A stretch of 64,000 bases of DNA from a virus, in the IMG/VR virus record IMGVR_UViG_3300025570_000007. One strand, given 5' to 3'. This document shows positions 46,535-55,221 of this stretch, piece by piece (position 1 is the first letter of the stretch; each line of letters starts with the position of its first letter). The position numbers and the translations under genes were made by a program. The notes under the pieces were generated by a model. The model had not been told where the DNA came from, searched no databases, and was given only the letters and a program-made list of their open reading frames with translations.

Positions 46535-46708
46535 TTAATTCTGTATTTCAGTATTAAGTAATACCTGCATATCCCTCAATATTTCCCCTACCTCTTTAAG
46601 CGTACTTATAGCCTCTACTCGTTCATTCCTATTAATATGAAAACTTATAGATTTAGATAGGTTTTGAATTTGCTCTATTTTTAATTGAATATAGTTCTTG
46701 TTTCTCAT
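46535..46708 (-). CDS. Small hypothetical protein, 57 aa (not in track)
   Basis: MRNKNYIQLKIEQIQNLSK...LLNTEIQN*, stop 1 nt before the HD start. Confidence 0.6.
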   Translation of the reverse strand: MRNKNYIQLKIEQIQNLSKSISFHINRNERVEAISTLKEVGEILRDMQVLLNTEIQN

Positions 46709-46936
46709 GATTTATTTAGGATTATTTTTAATTATGTTAATAAGATACAGTCCTTGCAGTATTATCCACTGCAATATCTATGCTATTACCTTAAGTATCT
46801 TATACTAAAGTAATAACTGTTCGTTAGGTATTTGATTTAGACTATATCTTAATTACTAACTATTTTATAAGTTATTTTATTTATATATTAAACTAATAAT
46901 AATTAAATACTATTTCTTATCTACTCTGTTATATCT

Positions 46937-46969
46937 TTAAGTTATGAATTTATTTTTTAAGAAACAACT
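46937..46969 (-). promoter_or_regulatory. Bacteroidota-type promoter upstream of the HD/sigma operon
   Basis: AGTTG-N20-TAACTTAA in an AT-rich intergenic gap. Confidence 0.5.
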
Positions 46970-46984
46970 GGGAAGGTGCTTTTA

Positions 46985-47203
46985 TTATAGATGGCATACT
47001 AGTTTGAAGTTATCACTTACCCACTGTAAGCATTTACCCTTATTTTTTTCTAAGAATGTAAGTGTTTTTGCTGGATGGTTGAAGGGGTAAGCGTATATGC
47101 CTGCATTAGCATTATTATTAAGTCGGTAGATATCTTTAATAAGGTGTTCTATGATATATAGTTTATCATTTTCTTTACTTCTATATAGGTTACCTACTTT
47201 CAT
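46985..47203 (-). CDS. Hypothetical protein
   Basis: ORF in a coupled run. Confidence 0.6.
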   Translation of the reverse strand: MKVGNLYRSKENDKLYIIEHLIKDIYRLNNNANAGIYAYPFNHPAKTLTFLEKNKGKCLQWVSDNFKLVCHL

Positions 47204-47416
47204 CTAAACTTCTTTTTTACTACAAGATACCTGTAAGTCTGTAAAAACATGTTCGTATTCTTCAAAACGATGTTCGCGAATAGGTCTTAAATAAGGTTCT
47301 GTATTAAAGTACAGTACTAAACAAGGTGAAATATTTTTATACACTTCAACATATTCATATTTAATTAATTCGCCATTATTTATTCTTGATTTGATTTTAT
47401 TATGATATGGATACAT
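47204..47416 (-). CDS. Hypothetical protein
   Basis: ORF in a coupled run. Confidence 0.6.
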   Translation of the reverse strand: MYPYHNKIKSRINNGELIKYEYVEVYKNISPCLVLYFNTEPYLRPIREHRFEEYEHVFTDLQVSCSKKEV

Positions 47417-47595
47417 TAAAACTTTCTTTTTAATATAGGGTACTTATAGTAATTAACTTCCTCCCATCCTTCTCTCTCAGAATCTGTAGACTTAACTAAG
47501 GTGAAGAATCTAACATCTTCTAAGTCATTCAGAGCTGGTATCTTAACTAATCCATTAGCTTCAGCTTCTTGTTCTGTAATTCTCTGAATAGCCAT
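47416..47595 (-). CDS. Small hypothetical protein, 59 aa (not in track)
   Basis: MAIQRITEQEAEANGLVKIP...GWEEVNYYKYPILKRKF*, TAATG overlap. Confidence 0.55.
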   Translation of the reverse strand: MAIQRITEQEAEANGLVKIPALNDLEDVRFFTLVKSTDSEREGWEEVNYYKYPILKRKF

Positions 47596-47596
47596 A

Positions 47597-47791
47597 TTAT
47601 TCGTCTGCTAAGTTACCTGCTTGTATAAGTAAAAAAAACTCTAAAACTAGGAACGTAATTCTTCCCACTGTATTGTGAAACAGCCACCATTCTAACGGAT
47701 AGTAATTCAATGCTAAAAACGCACCTATAGTATACGAAATTAAGTTAAGGCTAACAAATACTGCTCCTAACTTTAAGATAAATTTAAACAT
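47597..47791 (-). CDS. Small membrane protein
   Basis: Two hydrophobic helices. Confidence 0.6.
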   Translation of the reverse strand: MFKFILKLGAVFVSLNLISYTIGAFLALNYYPLEWWLFHNTVGRITFLVLEFFLLIQAGNLADE

Positions 47792-48012
47792 AACTTTTTT
47801 CTTTTATTAACCCTAAGTATACGTCTGCGGTGTATGTACTGGAGGGTATCGTTTATTTCTTTCAACTTCGCAGTAAGTTTCACTAAAGTCCCTTCACTGC
47901 TGGTAGTAAGGGAATTACTACAGTAACTACATGTATACTCTTTAACATGGTAAGTAACGTGCCGCGTCACTCTAAAATCATGGCCAAACACCATGCAATG
48001 AATGTTTTTCAT
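47773..48012 (-). CDS. DUF1660-like small Cys/His protein
   Basis: C..FGH.F...VTYHVKEY.C..C...LTT; own promoter AGTTG-N20-TATATTTAGG at 48023-48057. Confidence 0.65.
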   Translation of the reverse strand: MKNIHCMVFGHDFRVTRHVTYHVKEYTCSYCSNSLTTSSEGTLVKLTAKLKEINDTLQYIHRRRILRVNKRKKLCLNLS

Positions 48013-48037
48013 CTTACTACTGCCTAAATATACGATA

Positions 48038-48469
48038 CTAATTTAATACTAACAACTTTTCTCCGTAAAGAAGTTTAGTAAACTTTAAGACTAGTCCACA
48101 TTTTTCATACTCTTCTATATTCTCATAATACAAGCGAAGAATGTCTAAAGCATCGTGACATTCCGAGATATCGTATGTCTCTCCTACTTTATACTTAACT
48201 TCGATAGAATCTATATCTATCCTACTTAAGTAGCTATAGAGACGGTTAAAGTATGTATACATTATTTTATGTCTAACCTCTTTGTACTTCTCCGGATATC
48301 GCTGCTTGTACATAGCATCCAGTATAGTGAAGTTATTTACTCCTGTAGTCACCATCCCCATTAGTACGAATGGATTTGAAAGAACCTCTGATACTCCGTG
48401 CTCTTGGTAGACTTCTTCATCCCCTTTCTCGAAGATAGAGAATAAGTCGTTAGGGTTTATTTTTTCCAT
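48038..48469 (-). CDS. Hypothetical protein with C-terminal UVR-like EEYEKC motif
   Basis: YYE.IEEYEKC. Confidence 0.6.
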   Translation of the reverse strand: MEKINPNDLFSIFEKGDEEVYQEHGVSEVLSNPFVLMGMVTTGVNNFTILDAMYKQRYPEKYKEVRHKIMYTYFNRLYSYLSRIDIDSIEVKYKVGETYDISECHDALDILRLYYENIEEYEKCGLVLKFTKLLYGEKLLVLN

Positions 48470-48473
48470 TTTT

Positions 48474-48504
48474 TTGCTATACTGATAAATAGTTCATATA
48501 TTAC
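48474..48504 (+). promoter_or_regulatory. Bacteroidota-type promoter driving the plus-strand island
   Basis: TTG-N20-TATATTAC, about 21 nt before ATG 48526. Confidence 0.6.
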
Positions 48505-48525
48505 TGTAAACATAAAGAATATAGT

Positions 48526-48864
48526 ATGCATGATAAACTTGAAGAAATTATAACACTTTTAAACTCGTTAAAGATTAGTCAAAAATCTACAGACTGGATT
48601 GAAGATCTTCCTTCTGAGATATACGATAAGTATTTTGACGATATTGTAGATATAAGAGATTCAGGATTAAATATAGATAAACACCGTTGGTATGAATACG
48701 CTACTTGCGTTTTTGAATTACCAGAACAGGTATCTGACAAGTATATAGGAGTGAGACATATTAATGATTTATTCTCTGAGAGTATGACTTGCGATGATGT
48801 AGAACATACCTTAGTGTTTTTCGAAATGGTACCGGTTCGCACAACTACGTATGTACAAAGATAA
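48526..48864 (+). CDS. Hypothetical protein
   Basis: LNIDKHRWYE...F.EM..V....Y; first gene of a plus-strand run. Confidence 0.7.
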   Translation: MHDKLEEIITLLNSLKISQKSTDWIEDLPSEIYDKYFDDIVDIRDSGLNIDKHRWYEYATCVFELPEQVSDKYIGVRHINDLFSESMTCDDVEHTLVFFEMVPVRTTTYVQR

Positions 48865-48867
48865 CAT

Positions 48868-48972
48868 ATGATGGTGAATTTAGCAGTACCTATAGCATAC
48901 TTACTTGTAGCTGTATTAATGGTAATCTTCTTTATAGACGATGAAAGAGATAATCACGATAAGAAAAAATAA
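48868..48972 (+). CDS. Small membrane peptide, 34 aa (not in track)
   Basis: MMVNLAVPIAYLLVAVLMVIFFIDDERDNHDKKK*. Confidence 0.5.
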   Translation: MMVNLAVPIAYLLVAVLMVIFFIDDERDNHDKKK

Positions 48973-48974
48973 TA

Positions 48975-49214
48975 ATGGGACCAATAAAATTTAAAGAATG
49001 TAATGTGGAGTTTGCAAAAGACCAACCACCCTATAGTTCTATGCATGCATTTAAAGATGTTGACGGGGTAGTTACTAGTTGCTGGAAATTGTCATGGAAA
49101 GAGCGTTTACACGTACTATTCCACGGTAATATCTGGAAGTAAGAAATGACATTTAATAAGCCTTTAACTCCCTCATACATGTCTCCTTACCGGGATGAGA
49201 TATTTGAAAAGTGA
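48975..49214 (+). pseudogene. Small phage gene interrupted by an in-frame TAA at 49140-49142
   Basis: MGPIKFKECNVEFAKDQPPY...SCWKLSWKERLHVLFHGNIWK*EMTFNKPLTPSYMS...EK*; the frame stays open and ends overlapping the next start. Confidence 0.65.
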
Positions 49215-49501
49215 TGACAGATAACATAAAACCGCTTATAGAGATAGATCCAGGCTGTGAATGTGACGATAAATGTCTATGTTATGATGGAGGATCAGAG
49301 CAAATACTACAGGTCTATGACATCCCATTAAACCTCCTCCCTAAAGAAGATGCTCCAACGATAAGCTTTCATGATAATGTTAATAAAGAAGTTGGACGAT
49401 TTAATATAGTAGACGGAGTACTAACCTTTTCCGGATCAGTAGATGCATCAGCACAAATATTCATAGACGAAGTTCTTAGCCAATGGCAAAATCAACACTA
49501 A
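49211..49501 (+). CDS. Hypothetical protein
   Basis: C-terminal L.FSG.VD.SA.IF. Confidence 0.6.
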   Translation: MMTDNIKPLIEIDPGCECDDKCLCYDGGSEQILQVYDIPLNLLPKEDAPTISFHDNVNKEVGRFNIVDGVLTFSGSVDASAQIFIDEVLSQWQNQH

Positions 49502-49656
49502 TAGACACAAAGAAAGCAACTCATTTAGAATTACTAGAAGAGTATGAGAGGGTTATGGACATGTGGGGTAAGTACTCATGTGACTCCTTTGGATTCTACC
49601 TCGGTGCCATTCACGATGCAATTGTTGATAAAGGAGGCTGGCCTGGGAAAGAATAG
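49483..49656 (+). CDS. Small hypothetical protein, 57 aa (not in track)
   Basis: MAKSTLIDTKKATHLELLEEY...KGGWPGKE*. Confidence 0.55.
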   Translation: MAKSTLIDTKKATHLELLEEYERVMDMWGKYSCDSFGFYLGAIHDAIVDKGGWPGKE

Positions 49657-49659
49657 GTG

Positions 49660-49842
49660 TTAGAGACTGTTAAAGAGATCGGACCAGTACTTATGTCCTT
49701 GAGGAGATTCACACCAGAGAAAAACACCGCTTAGTGTCGAAGACAGTCCATAAGAATTAAAATCTAAATCTTCAGTAGCATTACCTATAGCCTCAGTTCT
49801 ATAAGGTTCTTCAAGTTGCTCTAAGTGTTGTCGATGTGTCAT
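49660..49842 (-). CDS. Hypothetical protein (probable start MTHRQH)
   Basis: L.EPYR..AI.N...F.W..SPQGH.YW motif. Confidence 0.65.
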   Translation of the reverse strand: MTHRQHLEQLEEPYRTEAIGNATEDLDFNSYGLSSTLSGVFLWCESPQGHKYWSDLFNSL

Positions 49843-49914
49843 AGTAAAATTAGTTTTAGGTGTAGTGTAAGATAACAAGGGCACGCCGCGAGTTATTTGA
49901 ATAAATTATAATTA

Positions 49915-50061
49915 TTAGTAAGTAGGGTATGCTGTTCTCATTGCTTCTTCAATAGCAGCTATAGTAGCTTCGTACCTAAGGCTTTCCATCTGTTTATTCG
50001 ACACATATCCATGAGGAATGCATTGAGATAAATGTTTCTTATAGAGTTTCTTTGCGTCCAT
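49915..50061 (-). CDS. Small hypothetical protein, 48 aa (not in track)
   Basis: MDAKKLYKKHL...AIEEAMRTAYPTY*. Confidence 0.45.
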   Translation of the reverse strand: MDAKKLYKKHLSQCIPHGYVSNKQMESLRYEATIAAIEEAMRTAYPTY

Positions 50062-50069
50062 ATGTAGTA

Positions 50070-50204
50070 TTATGTTTTTATATATTTAACAACGTCTTCA
50101 CTAACTGTCTGTCCTAAAGATAAGGAAAATTCTCCACATTCACAAAACATATCATGAGTAACATTCTTAAAACATCCCTTACAGTGCCTATTCTCTTTGT
50201 CCAT
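50070..50204 (-). CDS. Small Cys-rich protein, 44 aa (not in track)
   Basis: MDKENRHCKGC...FCECGEF. Confidence 0.45.
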   Translation of the reverse strand: MDKENRHCKGCFKNVTHDMFCECGEFSLSLGQTVSEDVVKYIKT

Positions 50205-50212
50205 AACATTTT

Positions 50213-50497
50213 TTACAAGGGGGAAAAGGTTCTCGCGCATATTCCACGATAAGTATAGTCTTCCCTAACCCGGTTAATCCTCTTTTGAACTAAATCAGTG
50301 ACTAGTACACGATCAGCCTTTTGATCACGCCCGTCATTGTAACCTTTTCTGTAGAGTTCCTTCAACCCTTCCTCGGTAAGACTTTGGGAAAGGGCCCAAT
50401 TAACCCCGGCCAGGAAATGCTCTTGTGCTACATCCTGGGTAAGGTGTATGTGTTTGCTATATGTTCTAGCAGCCTTTATTACATCTTTATCTTTCAT
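50213..50497 (-). CDS. Hypothetical protein
   Basis: F.AG..WA and Y.KGY.DG motifs common in small phage proteins. Confidence 0.55.
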   Translation of the reverse strand: MKDKDVIKAARTYSKHIHLTQDVAQEHFLAGVNWALSQSLTEEGLKELYRKGYNDGRDQKADRVLVTDLVQKRINRVREDYTYRGICARTFSPL

Positions 50498-50599
50498 TCT
50501 GGATACTATTGGTTAATATTGTTTTTTATTGGCAAAGTCTTTGAGGATTTTGATTATCACTCGAATATAGGCTATCCCGCTTTTAAAGCCTGTAATGCT

Positions 50600-50743
50600 C
50601 TACTTAGTGTCATTTAGTTTGTTTTGAATAAAATCTAATGTTCTTTCCATTCCGTCAACAAATCCATCACACTCTTCTTGGGTATGTTCTTGTTTTATGT
50701 ACTTTACCAATAACTCTACTTGTTGTAATTTACTTACTTTCAT
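50600..50743 (-). CDS. Small hypothetical protein, 47 aa (not in track)
   Basis: MKVSKLQQVELLVKY...HTQEECDGFVDG. Confidence 0.5.
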   Translation of the reverse strand: MKVSKLQQVELLVKYIKQEHTQEECDGFVDGMERTLDFIQNKLNDTK

Positions 50744-50746
50744 AAT

Positions 50747-50944
50747 CTACTTTCTTAAATATTCCTGTATCCACTCCATACCCTTCTTATAAGCCTCTTC
50801 TGATGTTTCAAAAGGAGCTAATACATGCTCTGTAATCCAAGATGCTTTACCTTTTCTTATTATACCTACTATCCAATAATCTTGGTAGCTTGCCATTATA
50901 GTTACGTTTAACCACCAACCGTCTGGAATATCATTTGTATTCAT
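50747..50944 (-). CDS. Hypothetical protein
   Basis: ORF with F.T.EEA motif. Confidence 0.55.
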   Translation of the reverse strand: MNTNDIPDGWWLNVTIMASYQDYWIVGIIRKGKASWITEHVLAPFETSEEAYKKGMEWIQEYLRK

Positions 50945-51177
50945 AATTTCTCTATTTCCTGTTTAACGTCTTCCCATTCTTTAATCCAAAGATTCATATT
51001 AAACTTATGTTCTATTTCTTTTTTTACTTGATAGTTTCTCTATTTTTTTTTTGAAAGTCTCGTATTTCAATCCACATTTCGTGAGCATCGGTTTCGTTAA
51101 ATTGAAACCCTAAATTTATAGCTGTTTGCCATATTAATTTTATTTCTGCTTTCGTTTCGTTTTTGATACTCATTTTT

Positions 51178-51399
51178 TTAATTATTAAAAAAGTTCATAT
51201 GTAAAATTTTATTTAGATTATCGGTGTTAGATAATTCTGTTCTAACGCTATTCAAAGTGTTTAAAACATCTGCGTTATCCATATCTAAAATACTTACGAT
51301 TCCAACGTGTAAAGCTCCATTTTCTAATTTAGTCATATTTAAACCTCTAGAGTTTAATCCTTTATTTGCTTTGTTTATTTGTGTTTTTGTAGCTTTCAT
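51178..51399 (-). CDS. Hypothetical protein
   Basis: ORF with promoter-like TTG-N18-TATCTTTA at 51434-51462. Confidence 0.55.
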   Translation of the reverse strand: MKATKTQINKANKGLNSRGLNMTKLENGALHVGIVSILDMDNADVLNTLNSVRTELSNTDNLNKILHMNFFNN

Positions 51400-51491
51400 A
51401 ATTTAAAATTTAAGTAGCTGTATTGCTATGGTGTAAAGATAAACCTTTTTTTGGATATACAATACTTTTTTATCTCTTTTGCTGTCATAAC

Positions 51492-51653
51492 TTAACTTAT
51501 ATAATGTATAATATTAATTGCCTGAGCTATTAAAGATATTATTAGTAACGAAGTACCTTTCGTATGATCTTTATCGTTTATATTCTCATAGATCCATACT
51601 GGAATATATGCTAATATCGCTACTAATGCTATTGATGAAAAAAATATGGTCAT
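51492..51653 (-). CDS. Small membrane protein (probable start MTIFF at 51653)
   Basis: Two TM segments; the track's longer N-terminus runs through a promoter. Confidence 0.55.
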   Translation of the reverse strand: MTIFFSSIALVAILAYIPVWIYENINDKDHTKGTSLLIISLIAQAINIIHYIS

Positions 51654-51717
51654 ACCTAATGAATTTTTTTGGAATTTTTTTTCTCGATTTTCGTGTTTTA
51701 TAACCTTTTTTACAATT

Positions 51718-51750
51718 CTAAATATACGAATAACTACCTTATTAACCAAA
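51718..51750 (-). promoter_or_regulatory. Bacteroidota-type promoter
   Basis: TTTG-N20-TATATTTAG. Confidence 0.7.
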
Positions 51751-51940
51751 TACCTCAGTAAATAAAAAGGTATATATGTATATACCACCTATATGGTGAA
51801 AAATCGACAGCATTATGACCACTAGTATGGGCTCTCCCGCCTGTGCTCTCACCCCGTTAGGGAACAATACCGGCAGTGTTATATCAGTATGATCTAACCT
51901 TGATAGCAACCTGATCTATCTCCTTCCGGAACAAGGAAGG

Positions 51941-52252
51941 CTATTCGCCCTCCACTAGTTCCATGTCTGTGTATCTCATCTTGTAGCTTGTCTGTTGGCT
52001 CATCATATCATATGAGTACATATGCAAGTACGTCTTCTTACTACTACTCAGTCTAACATTCATACCATCGTAGATTAATTCATCAGCCTTCTCTATTGAT
52101 AGACTAGCTCCATAGTCTTCATCATAACTATAACATCTGATAATATAGTCTAGATCTTTGTACTTAATTCTTAACTCAGTATCCTCCTCGATTAGATTTG
52201 CTATTGCCTCTCTAATGTTTAATGTTGCTTTTAATTGTGCTGTGTAAGTCAT
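51941..52252 (-). CDS. Cassette hypothetical protein
   Basis: ATG embedded in the repeat leader. Confidence 0.75.
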   Translation of the reverse strand: MTYTAQLKATLNIREAIANLIEEDTELRIKYKDLDYIIRCYSYDEDYGASLSIEKADELIYDGMNVRLSSSKKTYLHMYSYDMMSQQTSYKMRYTDMELVEGE

Positions 52253-52325
52253 AACTCTTATTGTTTTAATTATACCTAAATATAAGAAATATATAACAGT
52301 GAGGCAACTTTAATTGCCGTGAAGT

Positions 52326-52535
52326 TTAGTCAGTTGTTAGAGAGAATACTCTGTAGTTATCTAATGTTTCCTGAATACTATCTCTTCTTAGTTGACTCTT
52401 TGAGAACTCTAACCCATCCTCTTTCAACACCTCCCTGGTAGCATCATATAGTAATTTACTTTGTACTAACATCTCTACAGTCATTGACTTATATTGCTCA
52501 TGCGTTAACTTCTCTATAAATGATTCTAATGTCAT
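52326..52535 (-). CDS. Hypothetical protein
   Basis: Second ORF of a cassette. Confidence 0.6.
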   Translation of the reverse strand: MTLESFIEKLTHEQYKSMTVEMLVQSKLLYDATREVLKEDGLEFSKSQLRRDSIQETLDNYRVFSLTTD

Positions 52536-52548
52536 AATGTTTGGTATT

Positions 52549-52575
52549 AAAAGAAGGAGGGTTTTTACACCCTCC
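52549..52575 (-). terminator. Probable terminator/attenuator
   Basis: GGAGGGT-GTAAAA-ACCCTCC followed by TTCTTTT. Confidence 0.6.
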
Positions 52576-52583
52576 GTTCCTAG

Positions 52584-53099
52584 TTAAAATTCTAATGCTA
52601 ACTGTATTCCTAATCCTGTTCTTATCAACTCATATGCTGATTGTACCTTTCTTGTTGGTAAGAATGTCATACCTTTCCAATCGATTAACTCTCCATCTTG
52701 AATTGTTAAAGCATGTTTAGCTACTAACACTATAAATGTCCCTTCTGGATTAGCTTGAACGAATGACTTAAGAGTCTTTTGTCTCCATACTTCCTCTCCA
52801 TGAAGTTTGTATAGATTTCTAGTCTGCTTTCTAGTACAGATCTTTACGTCAAATGTTCTCCCATCTAACTCTATTCCGTCCTTAGAAGCTTTCTCCATTC
52901 TACCTACAATCTGTTCGTTCTTTGTTCCTCTTCTGTCAACTCTCTTAAACTCTTCTTTACAGAATTTATGAGCTGAATTGTAAGCAATACCACTAGCAGC
53001 AGCTAAGCTTCTTACTACACAATCATTCTTTTCACCTCTCGCTAAAGCTGATCCTGATTCGATTAACTCGTTGTAACTGTTTTCAATTTGTAAATACAT
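52584..53099 (-). CDS. Papain-fold (C39-like) peptidase-like protein
   Basis: NDCVVRSLA (Cys) ... GTFIV.V.KHA..I.DG..ID (His/Asp). Confidence 0.6.
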   Translation of the reverse strand: MYLQIENSYNELIESGSALARGEKNDCVVRSLAAASGIAYNSAHKFCKEEFKRVDRRGTKNEQIVGRMEKASKDGIELDGRTFDVKICTRKQTRNLYKLHGEEVWRQKTLKSFVQANPEGTFIVLVAKHALTIQDGELIDWKGMTFLPTRKVQSAYELIRTGLGIQLALEF

Positions 53100-53166
53100 A
53101 ACCTCTGTTTTAATTATTATACCTAAATATAAGAAATATCTACGTTACTAGCAACTAATTCCGGAA

Positions 53167-53289
53167 TCATTTTGCATGACCTATTTGACTTTCTCTTAAT
53201 ATGTTACCTAAGTTTACATTGAAGATATATTCTGCTAATACCTTTGATCTTATCTCATTCATTCGCTCGTTGTATCCTTCTGGTGGCAT
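53167..53289 (-). CDS. Small hypothetical protein, 40 aa (not in track)
   Basis: MPPEGYNERMNEIRSKV...GHAK*. Confidence 0.4.
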   Translation of the reverse strand: MPPEGYNERMNEIRSKVLAEYIFNVNLGNILRESQIGHAK

Positions 53290-53307
53290 AGTATTGTTTT
53301 TTAATTG

Positions 53308-53514
53308 TTATTTAGTTAATTTAATTGTTTTTCTATCAACTGACCATAATGGAGTTCTACCTAAAGTTACTTGAAACTCTCCATGGATAGGATTCACTCC
53401 TGCGAAGGTTAAAATACCTACGTACCTCTCTCCTTTAACCTTAACCTCTACCTTCTTTCCAATCCAGCGTTTGAATTGTGGTACTGTCTGCTTTAATAGT
53501 AAATCTTTAAACAT
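53308..53514 (-). CDS. Cassette protein, Sm/SH3-like small barrel
   Basis: WIGKKVEV...G..Y.G.L pattern. Confidence 0.65.
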   Translation of the reverse strand: MFKDLLLKQTVPQFKRWIGKKVEVKVKGERYVGILTFAGVNPIHGEFQVTLGRTPLWSVDRKTIKLTK

Positions 53515-53555
53515 AACCTCTGTTTTAAATATACCTAAATATATGAATAATCTAG

Positions 53556-53813
53556 TTAGGATCCAACTTTTAAATGAGTATATAATGATCCGTAGTACCC
53601 TCCTCCTCCTTTATTAGAGCTCCAGGTATCTGCATGAACTCCTGTAGCACCGGTAATAATTTCATCTCCTTTTTGGTACCTGTACTGTCTTACAAACCCT
53701 ACTCCTTCCTTATCGATAGGAACAAACCCTGCTCGAGTTAAGGCATTGTAATGCCACTGATCTTCTACCTTGTGTACTTTCTTATCTGCTTTGTTAAAAT
53801 CTACTGTGTTCAT
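53556..53813 (-). CDS. Cassette hypothetical protein
   Basis: ATG in the repeat leader. Confidence 0.75.
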   Translation of the reverse strand: MNTVDFNKADKKVHKVEDQWHYNALTRAGFVPIDKEGVGFVRQYRYQKGDEIITGATGVHADTWSSNKGGGGYYGSLYTHLKVGS

Positions 53814-53860
53814 AACTCTTATTGTTTTAATTATAACTAAATATATGAATAATAACTCTG

Positions 53861-54217
53861 TTAGGCAACTCTACCTAACAGTTTTTCTAGTTCCGGAAAC
53901 TGCCCTCCTATAGTCTTCATTTGAGCTATCTTCTTACTCTCCTCTCTCTTCTTAGCAATCGCTTGCTTCTTTTCCTCTCTATAAGCTTCAACCCAATATG
54001 CCATTTGATCTTCATGCTGATCTAAAGCCTCTCCTCTATCAGCTTCTGACTCATATCTCTGCCAATGACTTCCGTAAGCACTTTCCCACTCTACAGCTGG
54101 TACTGTAAACTTACCTTCTGCATCCATTCCATAATCTATATCACTTACATAACTTCCTCCTGTATTGCAATATGCTTCGAACTCCTTATTTGTAATTTTA
54201 ATCTCTGTAGTACCCAT
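53861..54217 (-). CDS. Cassette hypothetical protein
   Basis: ATG in the repeat leader; C-terminal T.GGQFPEL..L. Confidence 0.75.
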   Translation of the reverse strand: MGTTEIKITNKEFEAYCNTGGSYVSDIDYGMDAEGKFTVPAVEWESAYGSHWQRYESEADRGEALDQHEDQMAYWVEAYREEKKQAIAKKREESKKIAQMKTIGGQFPELEKLLGRVA

Positions 54218-54282
54218 AACTCTTATCGTTTTAATTATACCTAAATATACGATTAATTAAGGTAGTAGGCAACTAATTTAAT

Positions 54283-54311
54283 AAGAAAAGGCTCCTTAAA
54301 AAAAGAGCCTT
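54283..54311 (-). terminator. Rho-independent terminator
   Basis: AAGGCTC...GAGCCTT followed by TTCTT. Confidence 0.65.
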
Positions 54312-54341
54312 ATTCCTAATAATAATTAAAACTACAGTGGG

Positions 54342-55172
54342 TTATGAAGCAACTGTATTTGGTTGAACAACTTGCTTTGAATGATATCTTATCAAGTTCT
54401 CTATATTTTTATATCTTACATTTTCAAATGTATGTGTGTAAGTATTCTCTGTTTCTATTCTCTTATCATCTACATATTCATATTCATACTGGACTAAATT
54501 TAATTCAATATTACATGACTTTCCCGATTTGGTTTTAGAAACGATTCTAGCTTTTTTAATCTGTCTTACTTCATGATTGAAAGCAATATCCATCATTGGA
54601 TAGTTACATTTCTTTCCTGTCTCAAAATTTATCTTTCCAAACTCTACTCCTTCTTTTTCAAGACGATCTAAAAGTATTTGTTTTGCTTCTTGCTTCTGCC
54701 TATCTTCCACTCCTGTAATCTCTTTCTCTAAATCCCAAATCTCTTTGTACTTTTTATTAATCCCCTCCTTACATTCAGAATGTATAGCATTTATATTATT
54801 GATAATAGTCTGCTTATCTAATAAGATAACCTTAGCACAATTTCCCATTACGATTAATCTCTCTAATTCAAAAGTAGATTCTTCTGATGTCGAGTAAGCT
54901 GACATCCTAAGTCCTCTTACTGCTTTAGTATCATCACCATAAAAAGTATCAAATTGTAATGAAAACATCTCTCTAGCAAAAGTCTCATCATCTCTTTTTC
55001 TTTCAACTTGGAATGATGAACTTCCTTGTTTAATATCAAACCCTTCTATGAGCTGATCGCCAAAACGATGATTAACGTACTCTGTACATCTTGCGTTTCT
55101 AATGTCTTCTAAGTCCCATCTCTCTTTCTTAAGTTCGATAAGCTTCTCTTGTAAAATTTGTAATGCTGTCAT
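54342..55172 (-). CDS. Cassette hypothetical protein (coiled coil)
   Basis: 276-aa ORF, ATG in the repeat leader. Confidence 0.8.
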   Translation of the reverse strand: MTALQILQEKLIELKKERWDLEDIRNARCTEYVNHRFGDQLIEGFDIKQGSSSFQVERKRDDETFAREMFSLQFDTFYGDDTKAVRGLRMSAYSTSEESTFELERLIVMGNCAKVILLDKQTIINNINAIHSECKEGINKKYKEIWDLEKEITGVEDRQKQEAKQILLDRLEKEGVEFGKINFETGKKCNYPMMDIAFNHEVRQIKKARIVSKTKSGKSCNIELNLVQYEYEYVDDKRIETENTYTHTFENVRYKNIENLIRYHSKQVVQPNTVAS

Positions 55173-55221
55173 AACCTTTATATGTTTTTAATTATACCTA
55201 AATATAAGAAATATATATACG

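Noticed and set aside
51790-51940. tRNA in the GC-richer intergenic patches (also 61000-61130)
   Set aside because: No cloverleaf with a convincing T-loop and acceptor stem could be built
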